This document shows positions 49,529-57,723 of a stretch of DNA of 64,000 nucleotides, in pieces (the stretch's first letter is position 1; every line of letters begins with the position of its first letter). The stretch lies in the NCBI GenBank assembly GCA_016186365.1, contig JACPLT010000001.1, positions 13,231 through 77,230 of the forward strand, read 5' to 3'. Made by a program: the position numbers and the translations under genes. Source of the stretch: Candidatus Pacearchaeota archaeon. Lineage in GTDB: Archaea; Nanobdellota; Nanobdellia; Pacearchaeales; GW2011-AR1. A model generated the notes under the pieces. The model saw only the letters and a list, made by a program, of their open reading frames with translations. It made no database searches and was not told the origin of the DNA.

Positions 49529-49795
49529 TTATCTACTTTTCTGATAACCCACTATTTTCCTGCTTTTACCTTCGCCCTGATAAATTGGAACTTCCTCAGA
49601 AGATTGGGAGATTTTTGAGCTGGACTTTGGCTTGTTCATGATAAAAACTATTCCCAATATGACGAGGCAGATGCCTGCAATCATCACGTAGGCAGGCGTA
49701 ATCGCTGCTGGAATAGGCAATCTGGAGGTGTTAAAGCTTAATACTATTATAATCAATCCTAATATTGATAAAATATATCCGAGTAATTTTGACAT
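49529..49795 (-). CDS. small 2-TM membrane protein (88 aa)
   Basis: Two hydrophobic helices plus a basic tail. Confidence 0.35.
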   Translation of the reverse strand: MSKLLGYILSILGLIIIVLSFNTSRLPIPAAITPAYVMIAGICLVILGIVFIMNKPKSSSKISQSSEEVPIYQGEGKSRKIVGYQKSR

Positions 49796-49854
49796 TTTTT
49801 TGTTCCTCTTTTGTTTATTTGTTGATTATATTAATAACCATGTGTTTTTAAACT

Positions 49855-50466
49855 TTATTCTTTGTATAGAAATACTCTGTTAATTTTAACTGATATTTTA
49901 AAATTATTAAATACTTTTAAGAATAAGCTAAGATTATCTATGTTGATTATTATGGCATTTTTGCCTATTCTTTTTCCCATATATTTTTCCACTAATCCAG
50001 AATAATGAGTTTTATGCTGGTTATATCCAAAAAGCTTTTTATTCAACATAACTCTTTTGGACTCTGGTTTTATGCTTCCCCATTCAAGTATCGCTTTATT
50101 TTCCCCGCTTTCAAGAACAGGAGAATAATGCTGGTAAAGAATAATTGAGCTTCCTAACATGCTGTCTTTTAATTTCCAATCTTTTAATTTCCCTGCAATA
50201 ATATTTATTTCATTTTTGACTCCCAGCGGCTTCCAATAATTTTTAAATTTTGTTGAATTATAAAATTTATCAAGAATTATATTCGTTTCTTTATCAATTG
50301 TTTTTTCTTCCTCAAAAACATCAATAAAAATATCAACATCGCTTTCTTTTCCCGCTTCTTCTCTTGCAGCGCTTCCAAATAATATTATCGACTTAATTTT
50401 ATCTTTATTGCTAAAATTTTGGATAAAAAAAGAAACAAAATCTATGGCATAACTTATTAATTCCAT
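49855..50466 (-). CDS. nucleotidyltransferase-domain protein (MNT-like)
   Basis: IILFGSAAREEAGKESDVDIFIDVF. Confidence 0.65.
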   Translation of the reverse strand: MELISYAIDFVSFFIQNFSNKDKIKSIILFGSAAREEAGKESDVDIFIDVFEEEKTIDKETNIILDKFYNSTKFKNYWKPLGVKNEINIIAGKLKDWKLKDSMLGSSIILYQHYSPVLESGENKAILEWGSIKPESKRVMLNKKLFGYNQHKTHYSGLVEKYMGKRIGKNAIIINIDNLSLFLKVFNNFKISVKINRVFLYKE

Positions 50467-50855
50467 TTTAACCCCTCTCTTTCGAATATTTCTTTTAGTT
50501 TATTAAAATCCTCTAGAACGGATAATATTATTTCAACTGGCTGTAATTTTCCATAGCACAGCATATTCCTTTTTGTCTCTATGTCTGCCAGTAATTTAAT
50601 TATCTCCAGTTTATTATTAAATTCAAATGGCAATCTCTCATTAGCTCTTCTTTCAGAGGAGAACCAATCATGCTTAATTGCTGTTCCTGGATTTATTAAA
50701 TTGTTTTTATGCAAAAAAACTTCTAGCATCTCTACAGAAGCTACTGAAATATTAAAACTTAAATTCCTTTGTCTATTTTGAATGCCTTTCTCTATACTTT
50801 CTTTTATTACTTCTAAGCTTTCATTTATATTCCTTAAGTGATCTTCTATTTTCAT
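50457..50855 (-). CDS. HEPN-like protein (paralog of 44469..44921)
   Basis: Alpha-helical with KRNMLCYGK motif. 10-nt overlap with the downstream NT gene. Confidence 0.4.
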   Translation of the reverse strand: MKIEDHLRNINESLEVIKESIEKGIQNRQRNLSFNISVASVEMLEVFLHKNNLINPGTAIKHDWFSSERRANERLPFEFNNKLEIIKLLADIETKRNMLCYGKLQPVEIILSVLEDFNKLKEIFEREGLKWN

Positions 50856-50889
50856 AAATATCTCAAGTTGCAGGCATATTTAAACTTTT

Positions 50890-50950
50890 GCTACAATCGT
50901 AACTATACTTTAGTTACAATCGTAAACATTAAATTGCTACAATCGTAACT
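50890..50950. promoter_or_regulatory. three direct repeats G(C/T)TACAATCGTAA(C/A) spaced 23-24 bp in a divergent promoter region
   Basis: gctacaatcgtaac (50890), gttacaatcgtaaa (50914), gctacaatcgtaac (50937). Lie between the divergently transcribed 50457..50855 and 51018..51308. Confidence 0.45.
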
Positions 50951-51017
50951 AGAGACTTTTTGTGCAATAATTTAAATAGTTTTTTATTTTATTAGTGCTA
51001 AGGGAAGGAGATTTGAA

Positions 51018-51308
51018 ATGAAAAAAGATAATACTCATCAAGAGCAAATAGAAAGATGGGCAGAATATGTAAAGAATAATGAAAATTGGAGGCAAATTCA
51101 TACTAAATTTATTGACATGTCAAAAATTGGTTTATGCAAGCTCCTTGTTTTAACTCGTGAGAAAATAAAATCAATTTTTGAGCATGCTCAAGAACCAGTA
51201 TGGCGTACACGCCATACACTTCAGTGTATGGTTCTTGACAGCCAATTTGAGATTGCAAGGAAATTTTATAAAGATCTTGAGAAAACAGCAAAAGGAAGGG
51301 AGATATAG
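51018..51308 (+). CDS. hypothetical protein (96 aa)
   Basis: ORF preceded by the aagggaaggag SD-like sequence. Contains a diverged copy of the interspersed hairpin element. Confidence 0.4.
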   Translation: MKKDNTHQEQIERWAEYVKNNENWRQIHTKFIDMSKIGLCKLLVLTREKIKSIFEHAQEPVWRTRHTLQCMVLDSQFEIARKFYKDLEKTAKGREI

Positions 51309-51511
51309 AGAACTGCGTAGCTTGTATGACATTTATCCAGCAGTTCTCTATCTGTTTAACTGCACTAAATTGTCATCTAACTAATGCAGTTATCCATATT
51401 AAAAAAATTGAGGGAGGAAAAATTAAAAAATGACAAGTTATGATGTTATTGAAGTGTCAGAGATTTTCGCTGAAGCTCTAATCCCTGAACACTTCCAAAA
51501 CAAGGAGCAAA

Positions 51512-52279
51512 ATGACAAGTTATGATGTTATTGGAAGTATAGCAATACTGAAGTTTCCGAGGGGAATGAAGAAAAGCGAGAAGAAGAAAACAGCTTTGGA
51601 ATTGCTGGAAAAGCACAAAAATCTAAAAACTGTTGTTGAAAAGTCAGAAAAGGTAAGGGGAAGATTGAGGACGATAAAAACATTATTTCTTGCAGGAGAG
51701 AAAACAAAAGAGAGTATTCATAATGAATCTGGATGCAGGTTTAAATTAAATATTGAAAAGTGCTATTTTTCTCCTAGATTGAGCAATGAAAGAATAGAAG
51801 TTGCAAAAAAAATAGCAGAAGGGAGCAAGGTTTTGGTTTTATTTGCAGGGGTTTCTCCGTTTTCTATTGTTATTGGAAAAATTGCCAAGCCAGAAAAAAT
51901 TGTTTCTGTTGAGCTTGGAAGAGAGTGCTGCAGATATGGCAAAGAAAATGCCAGACTGAATAAACTTGAGAGAGTGGTGGAGATTGTTCAGGGAGATGTC
52001 AAGAAATTAAAAAAATTAATTAAAAAAAGAAAGTTTGATGTGATAGTTATGCCTCGTCCGCAACTTAAGGAAACTTTTCTTGCTTATATCTGGGAATTCT
52101 GCAAGAAAGATACAGAAATATTTTATTACGGATTTGGGAAGGATATTGAGGAAATAGTTTCAGAAATAGAGAAAGAGGCAGGGAAAGCTAAAAAGAAAAT
52201 CAGGATTATTGAAAAAAGAAATGCAGGAGATATTGCTCCGTATAGATATAGGTTTTTAGTTAGGTTTAAGTTAGTTTAA
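51512..52279 (+). CDS. tRNA methyltransferase of the Trm5/Taw2 (Met-10+) family
   Basis: DVIGSIAIL...NLKTVV N-terminus. SAM-binding VLVLFAGVSPFSIV. ELGRECCRYGKENARLN and IVQGDVKK as in Trm5/TYW2. Confidence 0.65.
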   Translation: MTSYDVIGSIAILKFPRGMKKSEKKKTALELLEKHKNLKTVVEKSEKVRGRLRTIKTLFLAGEKTKESIHNESGCRFKLNIEKCYFSPRLSNERIEVAKKIAEGSKVLVLFAGVSPFSIVIGKIAKPEKIVSVELGRECCRYGKENARLNKLERVVEIVQGDVKKLKKLIKKRKFDVIVMPRPQLKETFLAYIWEFCKKDTEIFYYGFGKDIEEIVSEIEKEAGKAKKKIRIIEKRNAGDIAPYRYRFLVRFKLV

Positions 52280-52567
52280 GCCGTAATCTGCATATTGGCT
52301 TTCTACTTCGGAATCTAAATCTTCTTTGGAATCATGATATAACCTACTTCTTTCTGGTTCATATAAAGATATGGGAAGAGAATCTACATCTTCATATAAT
52401 CTGGAATCCTGATAATTCTGTGCTGGTTCTGCTGTCATATTTTTCTTATTTTTAGCGGGTTTTTAAATATTATTATTGAACCTTTAGGTGTGCGAGACCA
52501 GGACATATGTCCTGAACCTATACACTATTGAACCTTTAGAAGGCTTCAAGAACTTATGTTCTTGACA

Positions 52568-52645
52568 GTGCTCAGAAACTGAGAAAATTCCAGAAGAATT
52601 TTCGAGGTGCTCAGAAACTGAGAAAATTCCAGAAGAATTTTCGAG
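52568..52645 (+). repeat. 39-bp tandem duplication (gtgctcagaaactgagaaaattccagaagaattttcgag x2, third partial copy)
   Basis: Two identical adjacent copies, 52568-52606 and 52607-52645. Confidence 0.85.
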
Positions 52646-52793
52646 GTGCTCAAAAACCCAAACATATCTTACGCTTCAATGCAAGGTTTTTGACATGCAC
52701 GATATAAATAGCATTTCTGACATTCCCAACTCTCGTGCTTTCAGCACAAGTCAGCACTTTAAGTGCTGCTCGCCCCTAAGCTATATTCTCTTT

Positions 52794-53064
52794 TCAATCT
52801 TAATAGCAGTTAAACCTTTAGAAAAGGTTTCCAAACTATCAGTTAAAGTCGCTTTTCGACTTTAACTGCTGTTGGAGCCTCTCCGCAGGTACCCAACCGT
52901 CGTATTTCGCTATGCTCAATACAACTTGCAACCATAAAGGTTGCCTTTCTCCAACTGCTCAAATTCTTTTATCAATCTTAATCGCAGTTAAACCTTTAGA
53001 AAAGGTTTCCAAACTATCAGTTAAAGTCGCTTTTCGACTTTAACTGCTGTTGGAGCCTCTCCGC
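52794..53064. repeat. two copies of a roughly 93-bp direct repeat (52794..52886 and 52972..53064, 1 mismatch) each containing a 12-bp-stem hairpin
   Basis: tcaatcttaat(a/c)gcagttaaacctttagaaaaggtttccaaactatcagttaaagtcgcttttcgactttaactgctgttggagcctctccgc. Copy B overlaps the last 14 codons of the HerA-like gene. Confidence 0.85.
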
Positions 53065-54754
53065 CGTGCCAGGTGAACTTGGGGCGGACTCGCATGGGAT
53101 AAATTCTTTCTGAATTGTCGTCGAGAATAATTGCTGAGCCCTTTAAACTCGGAAGTTCATCCATATATTTGTTTATGCTTGAATAAACATAAGACTGCAT
53201 TATTTCATTTAGTGCCTGAATATCCGGAAGGGCAGTAACTCTATGAGACAAGATTATATCTGCTTGTGTTATTGCATCTTTTGCAAGAGAGCCGGGCTGT
53301 TGTGTGGCCATAACTAGGCTTATTCCTGGCTGCCTTCCCTCTCTTAATAACTGGATTAAAGCATCTGTTGCAGGAGTTTTTCCATCATTGGGCAGGAATT
53401 CGTGAACTTCATCAATAAAAATCCAGACAAGAGGCATCTCCCTCTTTTGCTTGAATGAAAGATAGTCAATCCCATGCTGAACTGCCTGAACTTCTTCTGT
53501 TTTTCTTGACAGCATTCTTTCCTTGAAAAGCTTTTTTGATATCAAACTTATAACTAGAGCGCGAACATTAAATGCCCCTGTCGAGGAATACATGCTCAAA
53601 TCAAGAACTGAAGTTTCTCCTGCTTTTATCAGTTTGGAAATTTCTGTTTCCTGCTCTGAAAACACTTTCCAGGAATCTGCTGCTTCAAATAAACTTGAAG
53701 CAGAGTTTCTTGCATCAATTGTTGAGCTGTGTTCAGAATCTATTTTTTTAATTATGTCTTTTATTGAAAAATTTAGATTTTCTTCTTTCAGCGTGTTTAT
53801 CACTTTTTCTATCAAAACAGCAACTGGCTCGGTTATAGAGAGATTAAAAGTTGTTATCCAGTCTTCTGATTCCAATTCTTTTGGAGAAATTGAAAACTTT
53901 TCATCAACAGGAATCCCTCTTTTTTCATAATCTTCAAAATATCCCAATGGAATAAAAATTTTTACAGGCGTCTTTTTAGGCTTAAGTTTCCATTCTTCCA
54001 GCAAATCTTTTTCTTTTTCATTTTCGAATTTCATTGTCCAGAATACTCCCATTGTATCCAGTATAAGCCCTGCAATGTTTTCTCTTTCCTCTTGAGGCAG
54101 AGTTGCGAGTTCTTCTGCTATTACTCCCAGAGAATAAGACTTTCCCGAATTATGTGAAATAATTCCATTAGCAATAAATGAATGATTTTTATCTACAGAT
54201 AAATCATAAACTTTTTTTATCCCCTCTATAATTTTTATATTTTTTATCCTAACAGGAAATAAATCTGTAAAATTATTATTAACTGATATTAATTTATCTC
54301 CTTTATTTAATTTTTCTGCTTCCATCCATAGAAGAGATAACAATTTTTCTCCAGAAGTTATCAGCAGGGGGTGCTCTTTTGTCAGCTGCAGTTTTCTGCC
54401 GTCTTCTAATTCTATTTCTATAAGATTTTCACTTATAGGGTATTCTAATAACTCTGCATTTTCCCATTCAAACTTTTTTTCATCTTTGTTGAAAGAGAGA
54501 ATTTTGTTTTCTTTGTTAAAATCTTTTATCGGTAAATATCCTTTATCGGTAAAGATAGATGTTCCTTCAGTCAGACATCCTCTTTTTCCTGAAACCAGGA
54601 CTACATGGCTTCTTGCGATGTCCATATAAATCGGATTTGACAGCGAAGTATACTGCCCCATTTTTACGAAACCTTTTCCTAGATAAATCAACCCTCTTTT
54701 TTCGAACCTCTTTTTGTCTGAAGAATCTCTTCCTATGATTATATCATATGGCAT
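53021..54754 (-). CDS. HerA/DUF87-family P-loop ATPase with a mini-intein inserted in the Walker A motif
   Basis: VLVSGKRG|C...HN|SGKSY; splicing gives GKRGSGKS. Downstream WIFIDEVHEF (Walker B) and QQPGSLAKDAITQADIILSHRV, typical of HerA/DUF87. Confidence 0.7.
   Translation of the reverse strand: MPYDIIIGRDSSDKKRFEKRGLIYLGKGFVKMGQYTSLSNPIYMDIARSHVVLVSGKRGCLTEGTSIFTDKGYLPIKDFNKENKILSFNKDEKKFEWENAELLEYPISENLIEIELEDGRKLQLTKEHPLLITSGEKLLSLLWMEAEKLNKGDKLISVNNNFTDLFPVRIKNIKIIEGIKKVYDLSVDKNHSFIANGIISHNSGKSYSLGVIAEELATLPQEERENIAGLILDTMGVFWTMKFENEKEKDLLEEWKLKPKKTPVKIFIPLGYFEDYEKRGIPVDEKFSISPKELESEDWITTFNLSITEPVAVLIEKVINTLKEENLNFSIKDIIKKIDSEHSSTIDARNSASSLFEAADSWKVFSEQETEISKLIKAGETSVLDLSMYSSTGAFNVRALVISLISKKLFKERMLSRKTEEVQAVQHGIDYLSFKQKREMPLVWIFIDEVHEFLPNDGKTPATDALIQLLREGRQPGISLVMATQQPGSLAKDAITQADIILSHRVTALPDIQALNEIMQSYVYSSINKYMDELPSLKGSAIILDDNSERIYPMRVRPKFTWHGGEAPTAVKVEKRL
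54149..54577 (-). other. mini-intein (143 aa, no endonuclease domain) in the P-loop of the HerA-like ATPase
   Basis: Begins CLTEGTSIF (block A), TKEHPLL (block B), ends NGIISHN followed by Ser(+1). Too short for a homing-endonuclease domain. Confidence 0.7.
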
Positions 54755-54803
54755 AGCTAAAATAAAACTAAAGAATATATAAATGTTACACTAAACTTTC
54801 TGT

Positions 54804-55910
54804 TTGTCTTCTATAGACTTTATTACCATAAAGTTTTTAAACTACCTCTTTTTATTTTATCTACAAAAAATGGCTGAAGAAAAAACAAAAGAGCATAAAT
54901 CTGGGAAAAAATCTGAGTCTGAAATAGAAAAAATTGAGAATGAAATTCAGCATGAAGTCAAGGAAGCGAGTTCTGAAGTGAGAAAAAATCCGTGGATGGT
55001 TGCAACTGTTTTGCTGGCGATTGTTTCATTGATATTACTTTATTTTGTATTCCAGTCTGGAGGATCTTTATCAGGACAGGAAGCAGGAACAAAATTAGTA
55101 GAATATCTTAATACAAAAACAGGGGGAGGAGTTGAATATAATTCAAGTGAAGAAGTTTCAGGGTTATACTTGGTAAATGTTATGTATAAGGAAGAAGAAA
55201 TACCTGTTTATACAACAAAAGATGGCAAATATTTTATTCAGTCATTAATTCCAATGGAAGAATCTGTTTCTGATACAACTGATAATACTCCTATAGAAGT
55301 TCCTAAATCTGACAAGCCAAAAGTTGAGGCATTTGTATTTTCATATTGTCCTTATGGGTTGCAATTTGAAAAAGCATTGCTGCCTGTTTATAAAATATTA
55401 AAAGATAAAGCAGATATTGACATTGTCTTTATCGGAGCGATGCATGGAGAATATGAAAAAGTTGAATCTTTAAGGCAGTTATGTGTTAAGAAGCTTTATG
55501 GAAATGACAAATTATGGAGTTATCTCGAGCAGTTTAATGCTGATACTAAAATTGGAGCTTGTGGAAGCGATGCAAATTGTTCTGTTCCTTTTATTGATGC
55601 TATATACACAAAAGCAGGAATTGACAAGACAAGAGTTAATACCTGCATGAAGAATGATGCTGAAGCATTATATCAAGCGGATGTTGATAAGGCTAATTCA
55701 CTAGGAATATCAGGAAGTCCTACATTTGTTATAAACGATGTTGAAACACAGTCAGGAAGAAGTCCAAGTGAAGTTCAGGCAGTAATATGCTCTGCATTTA
55801 ATAGTGCTCCAGAAGAATGCAATCAGACTTTATCTAACCAGCAGGCAACAGCAGGATTTGGAACAGGAACTTCTGCTTCAAGTTCATCTGCTGCTAATTG
55901 TGCAGTATAA
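54804..55910 (+). CDS. membrane-anchored DsbA-like thioredoxin-fold protein
   Basis: N-terminal TM. FVFSYCPYGLQFEKALLPV (CPYG in place of CxxC) and GSPTFVINDVE near the C-terminus. Confidence 0.45.
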   Translation: MSSIDFITIKFLNYLFLFYLQKMAEEKTKEHKSGKKSESEIEKIENEIQHEVKEASSEVRKNPWMVATVLLAIVSLILLYFVFQSGGSLSGQEAGTKLVEYLNTKTGGGVEYNSSEEVSGLYLVNVMYKEEEIPVYTTKDGKYFIQSLIPMEESVSDTTDNTPIEVPKSDKPKVEAFVFSYCPYGLQFEKALLPVYKILKDKADIDIVFIGAMHGEYEKVESLRQLCVKKLYGNDKLWSYLEQFNADTKIGACGSDANCSVPFIDAIYTKAGIDKTRVNTCMKNDAEALYQADVDKANSLGISGSPTFVINDVETQSGRSPSEVQAVICSAFNSAPEECNQTLSNQQATAGFGTGTSASSSSAANCAV

Positions 55911-55963
55911 TTTTATTTTTAATCTCTCATGATCCTATTAAATTAAAGGTGGAAGGGGGAAAG

Positions 55964-56287
55964 ATGAAATTTGGGATTATAATTAGCACAAACGAACCAG
56001 AAATGGTGTGGAATGCTTTTAGATTTGGAGTTACCGCCTTAAATTCAAACCACAATGTAAAAGTTTTTCTAATAAATAAAGGTGTTGAAGTTGAAGATAT
56101 CCCAAGCGAAAAATATAATATAAAAGAACAAATTGACATGTTCATTAAAAATAAGGGGCAAATACTGGCTTGCGGAACTTGCTTAAAGTTAAGGCAAAAA
56201 GAAGGAGCGAATATATGCCCTATTTCAACTATGAAAGATTTGTTAAAATTAGTTGAAGAATCTGATAAGATTATAACATTTGGCTAA
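55964..56287 (+). CDS. DsrE/DsrF-like (YchN-fold) protein
   Basis: MKFGIIISTNEPEMVWNAFRFGVTALNSNHNVKVFLINKGV. Start moved to the ATG at 55964 behind a GGTGGAAGGGGG SD (track ORF begins at 55898). Confidence 0.55.
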   Translation: MKFGIIISTNEPEMVWNAFRFGVTALNSNHNVKVFLINKGVEVEDIPSEKYNIKEQIDMFIKNKGQILACGTCLKLRQKEGANICPISTMKDLLKLVEESDKIITFG

Positions 56288-56301
56288 TCCTAAAATTATT
56301 T

Positions 56302-57462
56302 TCAGCCTTTTTTTAAGTAATCAATTTCTTCTGGCTCTAGCTTTAGCTCTTCTATTGCTTTTGTATTTTTAAGAAGAAGTTTTATCATGGGAAAGTCTTT
56401 CATTGCCCGTTTTATTGAGATATGACAGTATTCTGCATATTTTTCTGCAATTGTTTTTCTGTACTTTTGAGCTTGATTTTTCATCCATATTTTGAGAATT
56501 CTTGTCGGACGTTTATATGAAACAAAGCCAGTCTTAACACTTTTTTTAGATGCTGCAATGCCTGCGGATAAAAGCAGGTTTTGATATATAAGGAATCTCC
56601 AGTGCTGTTGCCTGTGAATTCTTCCCCTGAATACATCTGCCCGGCTTATCTTATCGAACGCATTATATATTTCTTCTCCTCTGTATTCTGCAGGGATATT
56701 TTCCTCAAGCCAGAGAAGAATTTCATCTAATGGCATGTCTACTTTATCATAAAGATTAATCGTCTCGCTGTTAGGCTTATTCTGGAGAATTATTTTTAGT
56801 ACATTGAATATTTTTTCTTCTTTGTCTCTTTCATGTATATCTTCATTCTTTGTCTCTAAACCAATTGTCTGCAAGTCATTTATAGCGGCTCTTACATCTC
56901 CCCTTGCTTTTATTGCTATGTTAAGAAGCAAATCCTCTTGTACAGACATACCCTCTTTTTTTGCTATATCTTTTATTATTTCAAATATTGTTCTGTAGCC
57001 TAATTCTTTCAGCTCGACTAACTCTGCTTTTTTTCTTAACTCGCTGAATTTTGAGTCCCAAATCTTGTTGGCAGTGATTATCATCGGAAAGTTTGTTATT
57101 TCTATCAGTCTTATCAGTTCTGTCAGCCCCCCCCTGTCGTCAGAATTTACTCCATCTACTTCATCTATAAGAAGAATTTTATTTTTTGCAAAAAGAGAAG
57201 ACTGCTGGCTGGCTTCTCCTATTATCTGGTTTATTTTTTCTTTATTTCTTAAATCCGAAGCATTCAGCTCGAGAATTTCTGATTTTAGCTCTAGGGCAAG
57301 AGCATAAGCCAGAGAGGTTTTTCCTGTTCCTGGGGGGCCGTGCAGTATTATTGCTTTTTTTTGAGGGAAATTTTTTATAAAATATTTTAATTTTTCTATG
57401 TTAAAATCCTGCCCTTTTATATCAATAAAACAACCTGCTTTGTATTTTTCGCATAATCCCAT
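56302..57462 (-). CDS. rfcL: replication factor C, large subunit
   Basis: [30 protein letters not shown], and an RFC-box arrangement that differs from the small subunit. 386 aa, which is short for RfcL. Confidence 0.7.
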   Translation of the reverse strand: MGLCEKYKAGCFIDIKGQDFNIEKLKYFIKNFPQKKAIILHGPPGTGKTSLAYALALELKSEILELNASDLRNKEKINQIIGEASQQSSLFAKNKILLIDEVDGVNSDDRGGLTELIRLIEITNFPMIITANKIWDSKFSELRKKAELVELKELGYRTIFEIIKDIAKKEGMSVQEDLLLNIAIKARGDVRAAINDLQTIGLETKNEDIHERDKEEKIFNVLKIILQNKPNSETINLYDKVDMPLDEILLWLEENIPAEYRGEEIYNAFDKISRADVFRGRIHRQQHWRFLIYQNLLLSAGIAASKKSVKTGFVSYKRPTRILKIWMKNQAQKYRKTIAEKYAEYCHISIKRAMKDFPMIKLLLKNTKAIEELKLEPEEIDYLKKG

Positions 57463-57723
57463 TATAAAACTAAAATAATTGTGTTTATAAATTTCGTTGT
57501 GCTGTTAAGTATGTAATCAAATTTAACATCTACCCCTTTGTCCCAAGATTAATTAATAGCAGGAATTTTATTATTCCTCCCTATTAATGAGGGGGAAAAA
57601 TCAAATTCTCTGGAAATAATAGTTTTATTGGGAGGGGGAAATGTTAAACTTTATAGTTTACTTAATATGTGCTATAAAATACAAAAATAACCCTTGGATA
57701 AATATTTATAAACTATATTTTCT

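Noticed and set aside
52280-53020. Replication origin (repeat- and palindrome-rich 740-bp spacer)
   Set aside because: No orc1/cdc6 gene adjacent. The repeats do not resemble ORB/mini-ORB consensus (no TTCCAGTGGAAAC-like boxes). No obvious long AT-only unwinding tract flanked by inverted ORBs. Interspersed repeat or ncRNA is a better explanation, but an origin cannot be fully excluded without Z-curve or marker-frequency data.
55898-55963. N-terminal extension of the DsrE-like ORF
   Set aside because: The extension MCSIILFLISHDPIKLKVEGGK has no SD. A strong GGTGGAAGGGGG SD precedes the internal ATG at 55964, where the conserved MKFGIII start of DsrE-like proteins lies.
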